Of a stretch of DNA of 64,000 bases, positions 8,938-19,876 are shown one piece after another; positions within the stretch are counted from its first letter, which is position 1, and each line of letters starts with the position of its first letter. The notes beneath the pieces were generated by a model. The model saw nothing but the letters and a program-made list of their open reading frames with translations, ran no database searches and was not told where the DNA came from. The position numbers and the translations under genes are program-made. The stretch is from an uncultured Gemmatimonadales bacterium (GTDB lineage: Bacteria; Gemmatimonadota; Gemmatimonadetes; Gemmatimonadales; GWC2-71-9). The stretch is from the NCBI GenBank assembly GCA_963842945.1, contig CAWJIM010000019.1, forward strand, positions 512,001 through 576,000. Reading direction: 5' to 3'.

Positions 8938-10264
8938 ATGCTCTCGGATCCCATCGCTGCGCTCGCCACTCCACCCGGCCGCTCCGCCCTCGCTCTCATC
9001 CGTCTGAGTGGGGCAGGGGCCTTCTCAGTGGCCGATCGGGTGGTCCGGGGCTTTACCACGGACCCTCCCCGACGGGCCAACCTGGCGGCATTCTATTCGC
9101 CGAACGGCGAGCTCATCGATCGCGGTATCTACGTGGTGTTTCCCGGTCCTCATAGTTACACCGGAGAGGACCTGGTGGAGATCTCCTGCCATGGCGGATT
9201 ACAGGTTCCCGGCCGCCTGCTGGCGGCTCTGCAGGCCGCAGGCGCCCGCCCGGCCGCGCCGGGGGAGTTCACCCGCCGCGCGGTACTCAACGGGAAGCTC
9301 GACCTGGTTCAAGCCGAAGCGGTAGGCGACCTCATCGATGCGACCGCCCCGGCTCAGGCCACCAGCGCGCTCCGCCAGCTCGAGGGCGGCCTCTCGCGCC
9401 GACTTGGGGCGCTGCGGGAGGCGCTGATACAGGTCGAGGCGCTGCTGAGCTATGACATAGACTTCCCGGAGGAAGACGAAGGAGCCGGTCCCTCCTGCGC
9501 GGATTGCCGCGGAGATCGAGGGCGTCTCGACCCGGATCCGGCATCTGCTCGCGACTGCACCCTCGGCGGAGCGTCTCCGGGAAGGCGCACTGCTGGTGTT
9601 CGCCGGCCGGCCCAATGCAGGGAAGTCTTCACTCTTCAATGCCCTGCTGGGTTCTGACCGCGCCCTGGTCACCGAGGTACCCGGAACTACCCGGGACGCC
9701 GTGGAAGCCCATACCGACTTTCTCGGTTGGCCGGTGCGGCTGGCCGACACGGCGGGACTCTGGGATGCGCCGAACCGACTCGACCGGCTGGGAGTGGAAG
9801 TCAGCCAGCGCTACGTGTCGTCGGCCGACCTCGTGCTGCTGTGCGTGGAAGCAGGGCGGCTGGTGGGCGAGGACGAAGCCGCCATCGCGCGAGATCGGCC
9901 GGTGCTGCTGGTCCGCACCAAAGCCGACCTGACCACCGAGCCGGGCGAAGGCCTGCCGGTCTCGGTTCTGAGTGGCGAAGGCTTGGGAGCGCTCCGTCGG
10001 TCCGCCGCTGAGCGGATGTTTACCGAGCGCATTGCTCTGTCCGATCTCGAGCCGGGATTGACCCGCGAACGGCACCGCCTGGCGCTGGACCGCGCGCAGG
10101 CTGCTCTTACCTCCGCAATACCCCACCTGGGCCGTGGAGGCGATGCCGTGCTTGCCGCGCATCATGTTCGACAAGCCGCCGGCGCGCTGGACGAGTTGTT
10201 GGGAGCGGTGGATATCGAGGAAGTGCTGGACCGGGTGTTCGGAAGCTTTTGTGTAGGTAAGTAA
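8938..10264 (+). CDS. mnmE: tRNA modification GTPase MnmE (frameshift near 9480)
   Basis: SYTGEDLVEISCHGG, GRPNAGKSSLFN, GTTRD, DTAG and C-terminal FCVGK. Confidence 0.95.
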
Positions 10265-10307
10265 AAGCCGCTCACCGCTTACGCAGTTGCAGTTCCCGCT
10301 CACGCAC

Positions 10308-11252
10308 TTAGGCGGTCTGTATCCCCTTTGCGAGCTCCTCCGCCGCCTGGAAATCCTGGACCGGAGCGCGCACCGCCTCTGCCAGCCCTCGCTCGGCTAC
10401 CAACGCCTCCGTCATTCGATATCCCAGGTAATAGCCGGCCCGTTCCGGAATGACTCTACCCGCCACCAGCCGGGCGGACGGGCTCATCCCACCCGAGAGG
10501 TAGCGCAGCCTGAGACCGAGGCCACTGCGGTCGAGATCGGGCTCGATTGCCCGGCGCAGGAATGACTCCATCTCACGAAGCCGGTGATACTGCCGGCGAG
10601 GATAGCCGAAGTAATCGGCCGCATCGAACCCGGGTGCCACGGCCTGGGCCGCGTGGACGGCCAAGCCTTCATTGATGAGCAGCTCCCGTAAGGTTGCCCG
10701 GCTGCCGGTGCTCCAGTAGTCGTAATACCCGCCGCTCTCGGTCACCAGGCGGCGCATGTCGCTGGCGCTGGTGGGAGAGGTGTACCGCACCGTGTGCGCC
10801 AGCTCGTGGGCGATCCACACCGGAATAAGGTCGGGCGGCAGACCCATGCCATAGGTCTCCGGGTTGACCCTCCCGGTGAAGTGCTCCAGGCAGATGAACG
10901 CCACGCCGCGGCTGCCGACCACCAGCTCGCCGGCGTTGGCGCCTCCTAATCCAACCATCAGATAGCTGTCGGTGGGCCGGTCGACCCGCAGCACTTCTTC
11001 GGCTCGCGCGATAGCCTCCTCGCTGAGCTGGACGAGGTCGGTGGTTGCGGCCAGTCCGTAGAGATCGCTGCGGTTGGCTTTTAGGGCGGTGGAGACGATG
11101 GTGCCGGCGTGGGGAGTATCGGGATCGAGAACGTAGTTTCGCCAGTACGCGTCGAGGATGGGACGATGGTTGTCGCGATACTGCCGATACGCCGCCTCCC
11201 GGTCGGGTGCCTCGAGCACCGCGAAGAAGTCCGGCAGGAGATTGATCAGCAC
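10308..11252 (-). CDS. Predicted Zn-dependent protease (DUF2268-like)
   Basis: HELAH zinc motif, downstream NEGLA, and C-terminal AGYYLGY. Confidence 0.7.
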   Translation of the reverse strand: MLINLLPDFFAVLEAPDREAAYRQYRDNHRPILDAYWRNYVLDPDTPHAGTIVSTALKANRSDLYGLAATTDLVQLSEEAIARAEEVLRVDRPTDSYLMVGLGGANAGELVVGSRGVAFICLEHFTGRVNPETYGMGLPPDLIPVWIAHELAHTVRYTSPTSASDMRRLVTESGGYYDYWSTGSRATLRELLINEGLAVHAAQAVAPGFDAADYFGYPRRQYHRLREMESFLRRAIEPDLDRSGLGLRLRYLSGGMSPSARLVAGRVIPERAGYYLGYRMTEALVAERGLAEAVRAPVQDFQAAEELAKGIQTA

Positions 11253-11296
11253 GCGAGACGATAAGAAGTCCCGGCCTGAGATGCAAGAGAGTCGAG

Positions 11297-12139
11297 CTAT
11301 TCCAGAGGGCGGGTCTTCTTCTGCTTGGCCACTTCGTCGAGGAACCGGCGTTCGGCCGGGGTGAGGCTGGAGATTCCTTTTTCGCTGATCTTGTCGAGGA
11401 CCCGGTCCACCTCGGCCGCAACCGGGTCGGCTTCCACCCGGCGGCTGGTTCGCATGGGAGTGATCGGCGTGCGCTGCTCCGGTTCGGACGATCCTGACTG
11501 GACCATCACCACCCGCTCCACGGTGCGGGTCGGCTGCGCCGGAGCCCGGCGGGAAAGCGACTGGACCCGGAAGAAGAGGTAGCCAAACAATGCCCCACCG
11601 ACGTGGGCGATGTGGGCGATGCCGTCGTTGGCCCAGAGCTGAGACCCGATCACATCCAGGGCGACCAGCCCGATCACCAGCGTGCGGGCCTTGATCGGGA
11701 CCGGCAGCGGGAAGACGATCAGTTCGGCATCAGGCCAGAACATGGCAAACGCAACGGCAACCCCCAACACTGCGCCCGAAGCGCCGACGAACGGCCCGAC
11801 GGCCAGAAGTCCTGCGAGCAGGAGCGAGAAGACCGCCGCCCCGATCCCGCAGAACAGGTAGTACATCAGGAAATTGCGACTGCCCATCCGGCTCTCCACC
11901 GCCGTGCCGAATACGAACAGCATCAGCATGTTCGCCAGCAGGTGAAGCAGCCCGGCGTGGACGAACATGTAGGAGACGAAAGTCCAGGGTCGACTGAATG
12001 CCGTCTGAGGAGAGAACTGGAGAAATCGAAACGCATCCCGCGAGGTAAACAGGGTCATAAGCATCAGCAGCACCACCGCGTTGGCGATGATGATCCGGCC
12101 GACCCAGGGAGTTATTCGGTACGAGGGAGATGATTTCAT
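11297..12139 (-). CDS. Rhomboid intramembrane serine protease with soluble C-terminal helical tail
   Basis: HLLANM, GASGAV and AHIAHVGG motifs; tail EVDRVLDKISEKGISSLTPAERRFL. Confidence 0.92.
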   Translation of the reverse strand: MKSSPSYRITPWVGRIIIANAVVLLMLMTLFTSRDAFRFLQFSPQTAFSRPWTFVSYMFVHAGLLHLLANMLMLFVFGTAVESRMGSRNFLMYYLFCGIGAAVFSLLLAGLLAVGPFVGASGAVLGVAVAFAMFWPDAELIVFPLPVPIKARTLVIGLVALDVIGSQLWANDGIAHIAHVGGALFGYLFFRVQSLSRRAPAQPTRTVERVVMVQSGSSEPEQRTPITPMRTSRRVEADPVAAEVDRVLDKISEKGISSLTPAERRFLDEVAKQKKTRPLE

Positions 12140-12172
12140 CAGACGAAAGCCTTTACAGCTTGACCCGGAAGG

Positions 12173-13192
12173 CTAGGAGAGATCCTCTGCTCGACCGCGC
12201 CGAGCTACTCGACAGATTTGTTCGCACAGCTCGGGGAAGTCCATGCCAGACGCCCGGGCAGCCTGGGGGAGGAGGCTGGTGGCCGTCATGCCGGGCAGTG
12301 TGTTCACCTCTAAACAGAAGAGTTCACCGCTCGGTGTCAAGCGAAAATCGACCCGGGAGTAGCCTCCCAGCTTGAGCGCTTCGTGCGCGAGGAGGCTGAG
12401 CCGGCCACACTCCTTGGCCATCCCGGCCGGCAGGTCGGCCGGGAAGATCTCCTGAGACATGCCCGGGGTGTACTTGCATTCATAGTCGAAAATCTCGTGC
12501 CGCGGAATGATCTCGCCAACGGGAAGCGCCCGGCCGGCCAGAACGCCCACCGTAAGCTCTCGGCCCGGTACGAACTCCTCGATCATCACCTCATCGTCGT
12601 ACTGCCGGGCCAATGCCACTGCCGGATCAAATTCCTGGGCCGTCTTGACCACCGTAAGCCCCACCGTCGACCCCTGCTTTGAAGGCTTGACCACGACCGG
12701 CCATCCAAACTCGCGCTCAATACGGGTTTGCGCTACGGGCGCCATCACCCACCGGGCGGTCGGTACGCCGGCAGCCTGGAAGAGCCGCTTGGAGATGTCC
12801 TTGTCCATCGCCATGGCGCTACCCAGCCGGCCGCTTCCGGTGTAGGGCACTCCCACCATCTCGAGCAGGGTCTGAATGGTGCCGTCTTCGCCGCGGCCAC
12901 CATGAAGTGCAAGGAACAGCACCTCGGCGTCCCGCACCACCGCGAGATTGGCCAGTCCGGACAGGAGGAGACCCCGCTCCAAGGCCTGCAGCTGCGCGTT
13001 GGACGGCGGCTCGGTCCCGACCACCCCGGAAAGCAGGGTGGTCTCGTCCGCTTGGGGTATATACCCTCGGGCCGTGTCCACCACCGCCACTTCATGCCCC
13101 CGTGAACGCAGAGCGCCGACCACCTGCACGGCCGAGGCAATCGCCACGTCCCGTTCCGCGGAAGTCCCGCCCGTCAAGACTGTTACCCGCAT
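12173..13192 (-). CDS. ddl: D-alanine--D-alanine ligase
   Basis: GGTSAERDV, LHGGRGEDG, KPSKQGSTVG, FDYECKY and EVNTLPGMT motifs. Confidence 0.95.
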   Translation of the reverse strand: MRVTVLTGGTSAERDVAIASAVQVVGALRSRGHEVAVVDTARGYIPQADETTLLSGVVGTEPPSNAQLQALERGLLLSGLANLAVVRDAEVLFLALHGGRGEDGTIQTLLEMVGVPYTGSGRLGSAMAMDKDISKRLFQAAGVPTARWVMAPVAQTRIEREFGWPVVVKPSKQGSTVGLTVVKTAQEFDPAVALARQYDDEVMIEEFVPGRELTVGVLAGRALPVGEIIPRHEIFDYECKYTPGMSQEIFPADLPAGMAKECGRLSLLAHEALKLGGYSRVDFRLTPSGELFCLEVNTLPGMTATSLLPQAARASGMDFPELCEQICRVARRGRAEDLS

Positions 13193-13222
13193 CGAGTTCC
13201 CGGAGAAGGCGTTCACGCAATC

Positions 13223-14614
13223 TTACCTGGTCCCGATCAGCTGCTGGAGGACGTCATAGCGGCTGACGATGCCGATCAGTTCCCCGTCCTTGCGGACCAG
13301 CGCGGCCGGACTCTCCCGGGTCAGCATGGCGCCCAGCCGATCGGTCGAGAATGTGGCATCCACCTCGGGAAAGGGCGACTCCATGACCTCGCGCACCGGC
13401 CGATCCAGCAGAGCCGGCTGGGCCAGCGCCTTGGTCATCAGACTGGCCTCGACCAGCCCGCCTACCGACTGCCCATCCTCGACCACCGGGATCTGACTCA
13501 CTCCCCAGGTGCTCATCAGGTTGAGTGCCTGGCGCACGGCAGCCGCCGGGGCGACACTGACCAGCGGTGGGGCGGTCGGGTGCCGCCGCTCGAGCAGTTG
13601 CTCGACCGTTGTCCGGGGCGGCTCCAGCATCTGGTTTTCCTGCATCCACTCGTCGCTGAAGACCTTCGAGAGGTACCGCTCACCCGTATCGCACAGGATG
13701 GTCACAATCATGGCGTTGGGATCATCCAGCTCGCGGCCCAGTTCCACCGCCAGGGCCACGTTCAGTCCGGTGGATCCTCCGGCCAGGATTCCTTCTTCCC
13801 GGGCCAGCCGACGGGTCATGACCAGGGAGGTACGATCGGGCACCTGGCGAAACTCGTCGATCCAGTCGAACCAGATGGTGGTGGGAATCTTGTCTCCTCC
13901 GATTCCCTCCACCTTGTAAGGGTGACCGGATCCAAGCGAGCGGGTCCGATGGTAGTGGGTGTATAACGAGCCAACCGGGTCGCCGGCGACGATCCGAATC
14001 CGGGGGTTTTTCTCCTTGAGGTACTTCCCGGCTCCGCTGATGGTTCCACCGGTTCCCGCGCCGGCCACCAGGTGGGTCACCTTTCCCTCGGTCTGCTCCC
14101 AGATCTCCGGTCCCATAGTGGCGTAATGAGCCTCGGGATTGATCGAGTTGTAAAACTGGTTGGCCAGGACCGCGCCCGGTGTTTCCTTGACGATCTGCTT
14201 TGCCTTCATCACATAATTGTCGGGATGGTCCGGCGGCACGGCCGTAGGAGTGATAACCACATCCGCTCCGAATGCCTTCAGCAAACGGACCTTTTCCTGA
14301 GACATCTTGTCAGGCATGGTAAAGACGCAGCGATAGCCCTTGAGTGCCGCTGCAATGGCGAGCCCCACCCCGGTGTTGCCGCTGGTTCCCTCGACAATGG
14401 TCCCCCCGGGCCGGAGCTCCCCCTTCCGTTCGGCGTCCTCGATGATGGCCAGCCCGATCCGGTCCTTGACCGATCCTCCTGGATTGACGTACTCGGCCTT
14501 TCCATAGATCGGGGTCCGAAGACCACCGCCGATGCGGGCCAGATGGATCAATGGCGTCCACCCTACCGTATCCAGGACCGACGCATAGGGACGCAAATGT
14601 TGTGGGGCTCTCAT
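13223..14614 (-). CDS. cbs: Cystathionine beta-synthase with C-terminal CBS domains
   Basis: NPGGSVKDR, EGTSGNTG, GAGTGGT and a CBS domain pair. Confidence 0.88.
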   Translation of the reverse strand: MRAPQHLRPYASVLDTVGWTPLIHLARIGGGLRTPIYGKAEYVNPGGSVKDRIGLAIIEDAERKGELRPGGTIVEGTSGNTGVGLAIAAALKGYRCVFTMPDKMSQEKVRLLKAFGADVVITPTAVPPDHPDNYVMKAKQIVKETPGAVLANQFYNSINPEAHYATMGPEIWEQTEGKVTHLVAGAGTGGTISGAGKYLKEKNPRIRIVAGDPVGSLYTHYHRTRSLGSGHPYKVEGIGGDKIPTTIWFDWIDEFRQVPDRTSLVMTRRLAREEGILAGGSTGLNVALAVELGRELDDPNAMIVTILCDTGERYLSKVFSDEWMQENQMLEPPRTTVEQLLERRHPTAPPLVSVAPAAAVRQALNLMSTWGVSQIPVVEDGQSVGGLVEASLMTKALAQPALLDRPVREVMESPFPEVDATFSTDRLGAMLTRESPAALVRKDGELIGIVSRYDVLQQLIGTR

Positions 14615-15054
14615 TGTACCGACCCGGCGGTGCGTTGACTCCTGAACTGAACCGGCTGAAGGAATGGAGCCGCCACCGGCCGACCCTGGTGCAGGGCGGG
14701 AGAAAATTTGAGCTCAGGCGCTCCCATTAGCGCAGCCGAATCGAGAGCGGGATAGCCGCTGGACTCGGCGATCCGAATTGAATCCGGAATCACCCGGCCG
14801 GCGGAATCCGCGTATAGTCGGAGCAGTACCCGGCCCTCGATGCCCTGTGCCAGCAAGGCAGGTGGGTAGCGCACGGGGGAGATGGGATTGATCGGGACCG
14901 GCGGCTCTTCCGGTGGAGTGGGTGGCTGGAGATCAGCATGATCGACCAGTCTCATCGTGCCGTCGCCGTCGTCGGGACCACAGGCCAGGAGGCCGGTCAG
15001 GGCGAGCAGAGGGATGCTCCAGAGGCGAGGATTTCCCCTTCCGCTCCACCTCAC
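14611..15054 (-). CDS. TonB C-terminal domain lipoprotein
   Basis: YPPALLAQGIEGRVLL...SSGYPALDSAA...FSPA motif; LLAC lipobox. Confidence 0.8.
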   Translation of the reverse strand: MRWSGRGNPRLWSIPLLALTGLLACGPDDGDGTMRLVDHADLQPPTPPEEPPVPINPISPVRYPPALLAQGIEGRVLLRLYADSAGRVIPDSIRIAESSGYPALDSAALMGAPELKFSPALHQGRPVAAPFLQPVQFRSQRTAGSVQ

Positions 15055-17705
15055 TTGCGTTCTCCGACCCGGCGCTGGAAGTCAGCCAGCCGGTTGAGCG
15101 CTTCGAGGGGTGTCAGGCTGTTCACGTCGATGGATCGCAGCTCCTCGACCATGGGATCGGATGCAGGGGCTCCACTGAATAACCCCAGCTGTCCCGGATC
15201 GCGCGACGCGTCTGGTGGAGCGCCGGGGACCATTCGGTGCTCGTCTTCCAGAGCCCCCAGGATCTCCTTGGCCCTGCTGACCACAGGCGCGGGCAGGCCT
15301 GCCAGCTGTCCCACATGGATGCCATAGGAACGGTTCGTGCCGCCGGGCTCCAGCCGGTGCAGGAACAGCACCGTATCGCCGGCCTCCTGTACGGCCACGT
15401 TAAAGTTGCGGGCGTGCTGCAGGCGCTCCGGCAGCTGCATCAACTCGTGGTAGTGGGTGGCGAACATGGTCTTACAGCCCACCCGGTCGTGGAGGTGCTC
15501 GGTGACCGCCCAGGCGATGGCCACTCCGTCATACGTCGAGGTTCCCCGGCCGATCTCATCCAGCAAGACCAGGCTATGCGCCGTAGCGTTATGCAGGATC
15601 GCACTGGTTTCGCTCATCTCGACCATGAAGGTGGACTGGCCGCCGGCCAGATTGTCACTGGCGCCGACGCGCGTGAACAGCCGATCGACCACTCCGACCA
15701 GGGCCTCTTCAGCCGGGACGAACGAGCCGAGCTGGGCCAGGACCACGCACAGGCCGATCTGCCGGAGAATGGTCGACTTTCCCGCCATGTTAGGGCCGGT
15801 GACCAGCGCCACTCGTTCCGCCAGGGTGAAGCGGGCATCGTTTGGGATGAACGACTCTCGCGGCATCATGCGCTCGATCACCGGATGCCGGCACTGGCGG
15901 AGCACCAGGTCGAAGCGATCGGTGACAAGGGGTCGGACGTACCGATTGCTCACCGCGCATTCGGCCAGGCCGGCCCACACATCGAGCCGGGCAACCACCT
16001 GCGCGGTCCGCTGGATCCGGGTAATGGCTCGACCAACGGCTGCTCTCAAGGCGCCGAACAGCTCTGCTTCGCGCGAGGCGATCCGTTCTTCGGCACCCAG
16101 GACTCTCGACTCATACTCTTTGAGCTCGGGCGTCACGTAGCGTTCGGCGGTGGCGAGGGTCTGCCTCCGCTCGTAATCAGCCGGTATCCGCGCGCTGTGG
16201 GTGTGGGTGACTTCGAGATAGTACCCGAAAACCTTGTTGAAGCCCACCTTCAACGAGGGGATCCCGGTCCGCTCCCGTTCCCGCTGCTGTAGCGAGGCGA
16301 TGTATTGCCGGCCCCCGTCCCTGAGGCTTCGAAGCTCATCCAGATCCGTATCGTAGCCCGGACGAATGATCTCACCATCGCCCAAAGTGGCCGGAAGGCG
16401 GTCGGCCAGACCGGCTTCGAGATCCACCGTCAAATCCGCCAGCAGATCCAGCTCGTCTGCCGCCAGCGCCAGGGCCTGGCTCCGTTGTCCGTTGGGCAGG
16501 GCGGAACCGGCAAGCTCGGTCAAACCGCCGGCGACGTCAGGCAGCCTCTGGAAGGAGTCACGCAGGGCTCCCATCTCCCTGGGTGTGGCTCGGCCGGAAG
16601 CGGCCCGGCCCGCCAGCCGCTCGAGATCACGTACGCCATCCAGCGCCTCGCGCAGCCGGGACCGGCCGCGGCTGTCCCGGACCATCACCTCGACCGCATC
16701 GAGCCGATGGTCGATATCGGCCGGCTTCGATAGAGGAGAGAGCAGCCACTGCCGCAGCAGTCTAGCGCCCATCGGGGTTAGCGTTGCGTCGATCGTCTCC
16801 AGCAGCGTGCAGCCGCGCACGCCGGCGCGTAACGGCTCGACCAGCTCCAGGTTTCGCCGGGTCATCTCGTCCAGCCAGAGGAAGCTCTCGGGACGGCGGA
16901 CACCTGGACGGGCGAGATGGGGGAGTCCGGCGGGCTGAAGGTCGGTCAGGTACCGCAGCAGCGCACCCGCAGCGCCGAGGGCCAGCTCGTCTTCGGGCCC
17001 GATACCCAAGCCGTCCAGACCGGCCAGGTTGAAGCGGCGGGCAAGATCATCTCGAGCGAGGGCCGGATCGAATTCCCAGGGCTCCCGGGATGTGACCAGC
17101 GGGGCAGCAGGGCAGCGGGGCAGCGGGGCAGAATTGGTGCTGGAGACAACAATCTCGGCAGGGAGGAGCCGGGACAACACCTCTTCGAGACCCGACTCAA
17201 TCAAGGTCTCCAGGACGAACTCTCCAGTGCTCAAGTCGACGTAAGCAACCCCGACCAGGCTCTCGCTGCTGCCCCGCTGCCCCACTGCCCCGCTGCCCGG
17301 CTGTATTGCCACCAGCCAGTTGTTCCGCGATCCGGCCACCCACCCATCCTGCAAGAGCGCGCCCGGCGTGACCGTCTCGACTACCTCGCGGCGGACCAGT
17401 CCCCGGGCCAGCTTGGGGTCTTCCACCTGCTCGCAGATGGCGACCCGGTGTCCTGCGCCTACCAGTTGTCGGAGGTATTCTGCCGCGGCCTTGACCGGAA
17501 CGCCGGCAAGAGGAACGCCGTCGCCGCGAGAGGTCAGTGCGATGTCGAGAATCCTGGCGGCCAGCTCGGCGTCTTCGTTGAACATCTCGTAGAAGTCGCC
17601 CACGCGATAAAAGAGAATCGCGTTCCGGTGCTGCGTCTTCATCTCCCGCCAATGCTTGAGCATCGGCGGGGTCGGGGCCGCGCTGTCCTGGCTGACCGGA
17701 GGCAT
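15051..17705 (-). CDS. mutS: DNA mismatch repair protein MutS
   Basis: FYRVGDFYEMF, TGPNMAGKST, STFMVEM, DEIGRGT and FATHYHEL motifs. Confidence 0.98.
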   Translation of the reverse strand: MPPVSQDSAAPTPPMLKHWREMKTQHRNAILFYRVGDFYEMFNEDAELAARILDIALTSRGDGVPLAGVPVKAAAEYLRQLVGAGHRVAICEQVEDPKLARGLVRREVVETVTPGALLQDGWVAGSRNNWLVAIQPGSGAVGQRGSSESLVGVAYVDLSTGEFVLETLIESGLEEVLSRLLPAEIVVSSTNSAPLPRCPAAPLVTSREPWEFDPALARDDLARRFNLAGLDGLGIGPEDELALGAAGALLRYLTDLQPAGLPHLARPGVRRPESFLWLDEMTRRNLELVEPLRAGVRGCTLLETIDATLTPMGARLLRQWLLSPLSKPADIDHRLDAVEVMVRDSRGRSRLREALDGVRDLERLAGRAASGRATPREMGALRDSFQRLPDVAGGLTELAGSALPNGQRSQALALAADELDLLADLTVDLEAGLADRLPATLGDGEIIRPGYDTDLDELRSLRDGGRQYIASLQQRERERTGIPSLKVGFNKVFGYYLEVTHTHSARIPADYERRQTLATAERYVTPELKEYESRVLGAEERIASREAELFGALRAAVGRAITRIQRTAQVVARLDVWAGLAECAVSNRYVRPLVTDRFDLVLRQCRHPVIERMMPRESFIPNDARFTLAERVALVTGPNMAGKSTILRQIGLCVVLAQLGSFVPAEEALVGVVDRLFTRVGASDNLAGGQSTFMVEMSETSAILHNATAHSLVLLDEIGRGTSTYDGVAIAWAVTEHLHDRVGCKTMFATHYHELMQLPERLQHARNFNVAVQEAGDTVLFLHRLEPGGTNRSYGIHVGQLAGLPAPVVSRAKEILGALEDEHRMVPGAPPDASRDPGQLGLFSGAPASDPMVEELRSIDVNSLTPLEALNRLADFQRRVGERK
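17097..17303. repeat. Inverted pair of octamer arrays inside mutS
   Basis: cagcgggg cagcaggg cagcgggg cagcgggg cag (17097-17131) and ctgccccg ctgcccca ctgccccg ctgcccgg ctg (17269-17303). Confidence 0.85.
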
Positions 17706-17755
17706 AGCAGGCAATATAACGATCGCCCACTCCGGCCAGCCGAGGCGCGCCTGGT

Positions 17756-18629
17756 CTATCTGCCGATCTGGTTCAGCTCAGCCATATCTTCGTGCGTGAG
17801 CTTCAGCTCGGCGGCGGCGATGTTCTCTTCCAGATGGGCCACCGAGCTGGTTCCTGGAATGATCAGCATGTTGGGAGAGCGAGCCAGCAGCCAGGCCAGC
17901 GCAATTTGATACACGGTCGCGCCGTGACGCTGAGCCACCCGATGAAGCGGCCCGCCTTCGCTCAGGCTACCGGCCGAAAGCGGAAACCAGGGGATGAACG
18001 CCATCTTCTCCCGCTCGCAGTAATCGACCTCCGGTTCCCATTTCCGGTCGCTCACGTTGTAGCGGTTCTGGACCGAGACCACCGGGATAAAGGAACGGGC
18101 GCGCTCGATGTCTTCGGTCGAGGCCTCGGAAAGGCCCAGGTGGCGGACGAGCCCCTCTTCCTGGAATTCGCGCAGGACGGCGAATTGCTCGTCTGCCGGG
18201 ACCTTGGGATCGATCCGATGGAGCTGCCACAGGTCGATCCGGTCCAGCTTCAATCGCTTGAGGCTGGCTTCGAGCCGACGCCGGAGGTATTCGGGCCGCC
18301 CATTTTCGACCCAGCGATCCGGGCCGGGGCGCTCCAAGCCTCCCTTGGTGGCGATCGACCAGGCCAGGATAGGGATGCAACGCCTCTGCGATCAGCTCCT
18401 CGGAGATGTGAGGGCCATAGGAGTCGGCGGTATCAAAGAAGTTCACTCCCAGCTCGACGGCCCGCTGGAGCACGCGGATGGCTTCGGCGCGGTCTCGGGG
18501 TGGTCCCCAGATGCCCTTGCCGGTCAGCCGCATGGCGCCGAATCCCATACGGTTCACCGGAAGATCGCCACCCAGGGCGAAGGTGCCGGCTGCGGCGGCA
18601 GGAACGGAAACTGTGCGAGGGTTGCTCAT
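17756..18629 (-). CDS. Aldo/keto reductase (frameshift near 18360)
   Basis: RMGFGAMRL, FFDTADSYG, IDLWQLHR and IIPGTSSVAHLEEN across two frames. Confidence 0.9.
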
Positions 18630-18699
18630 GAAAAGATCCTTAGAAGGTCCAAGGGCGGAGGGTAGATCGTGCGCTGATCCCCTGTAGCTTTGAACGGGT

Positions 18700-19253
18700 A
18701 TGGACTCGGCATCGGTTCCCGACGATCTGTCTCCCGCGCTGGACGCGGTAATTTCTCGATTCGCCGGCATGGTGCGTGGCGTCGGATGGCGGCATCGTCT
18801 TTCCGAGGCCGATGTCGATGAGGTCATGCAGCAGGTAAGGATACGCCTCTGGCGAGCCCAGCGTGAGAGTGAGCAGATCAGCCGGGTCCCTGCGTCCTAC
18901 GTGTATCGAACGGCCGTGTCGGCCGCGCTCGACTTGATGCGGCGGCGACGGGCTCAGCGCACTGATCAGACACTTTCGCTGGACGAGCCGGGTGCGGCTC
19001 TCCCCGATAGGAGGAATCCCGAAGAGGACCTGGCCCATTCGGAGCTCTCTCAACTGGTTGCGCGAGCCATCGACCAGATTCCAGCCTCACGGCGGCCGGT
19101 GGTGCGCATGCACTGGCGGGTCATCCTCGGGAGGAAATCGCCCAGCTCCTCGGCTGGTCCGAGGCCAAGACCCGGAACCTGCTCTATCGAGGAATGGATG
19201 ACCTGCGCGAACGTCTCAAGGAGCTTGGGGTTGGATGGGAAATGACCGCATGA
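18700..19253 (+). CDS. ECF sigma-70 factor (frameshift near 19112)
   Basis: Region 2 DEVMQQVRIRLW/YVYRTAVSAALD; region 4 LAGHPREEIAQLLGWSEAKTRNLLYRG in the shifted frame; ATGA overlap with next gene. Confidence 0.88.
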
Positions 19254-19876
19254 GTAGTCCCCGACTTCAGGAGCTCTACGCGCAAGCGCTCGCGCGCCGC
19301 GGCAACGAGGCTCAAGGCTGTGTTTCCCCGGAAGAGTTGCTCGCACTGGTCCGGAGGGAAGGGGATGAGGATCGTCGATTACAGGTGCTGGATCATGTGA
19401 TGGGATGCCAGGCCTGCCACCGCGAGTTCGAGCTGCTTCGGGCCCTGGAAACGGCCGGTGCCGGCACCCGGGAATTGGGAATGGTCAGAAGCATCAGCCG
19501 GCGCATCATGCCCCTGGCTCTTGCCGCGTCGGTTTTGTTGGCGATCGGGGTCGGACTCATGGTGCGCAACCGGGAGGGCGATATCACCAGAGGAGGAGGG
19601 CCTGGCCTGGTCCTCCTCACTCCAGCCAGCGAAGTAGCTCCGGCACGGCCAGTCACTTTTTCCTGGCGACCCCTCGCCGGGGCTCAGCGCTACCGTTTCG
19701 AGCTGCTGGACCGAAGCGGGAGCACGGTGGTCTCCCAACTCACACCCGACACCAGTCTTACTGTGCCGGCCGGCCAGCTACAGCCCGGCTCGACGTATCA
19801 ATGGTGGGTGCGCGACGCGACGCCGGGTTCCCGTCTCGCTTCCTCCCTGCGGGCCCTCCGGATTCTCAGCAAGTAG
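19250..19876 (+). CDS. Anti-sigma factor: zinc finger, TM helix and extracytoplasmic Ig/FN3-like domain
   Basis: C...HVMGCQAC zinc motif; TM LALAASVLLAIGVGL; FSW...YQWWV beta-sandwich pattern. Confidence 0.82.
   Translation: MSSPRLQELYAQALARRGNEAQGCVSPEELLALVRREGDEDRRLQVLDHVMGCQACHREFELLRALETAGAGTRELGMVRSISRRIMPLALAASVLLAIGVGLMVRNREGDITRGGGPGLVLLTPASEVAPARPVTFSWRPLAGAQRYRFELLDRSGSTVVSQLTPDTSLTVPAGQLQPGSTYQWWVRDATPGSRLASSLRALRILSK

Noticed and set aside
7300..9500. Programmed frameshifting in yidC or mnmE
   Set aside because: No slippery heptamers seen, and indels are scattered across many genes, which fits sequencing error
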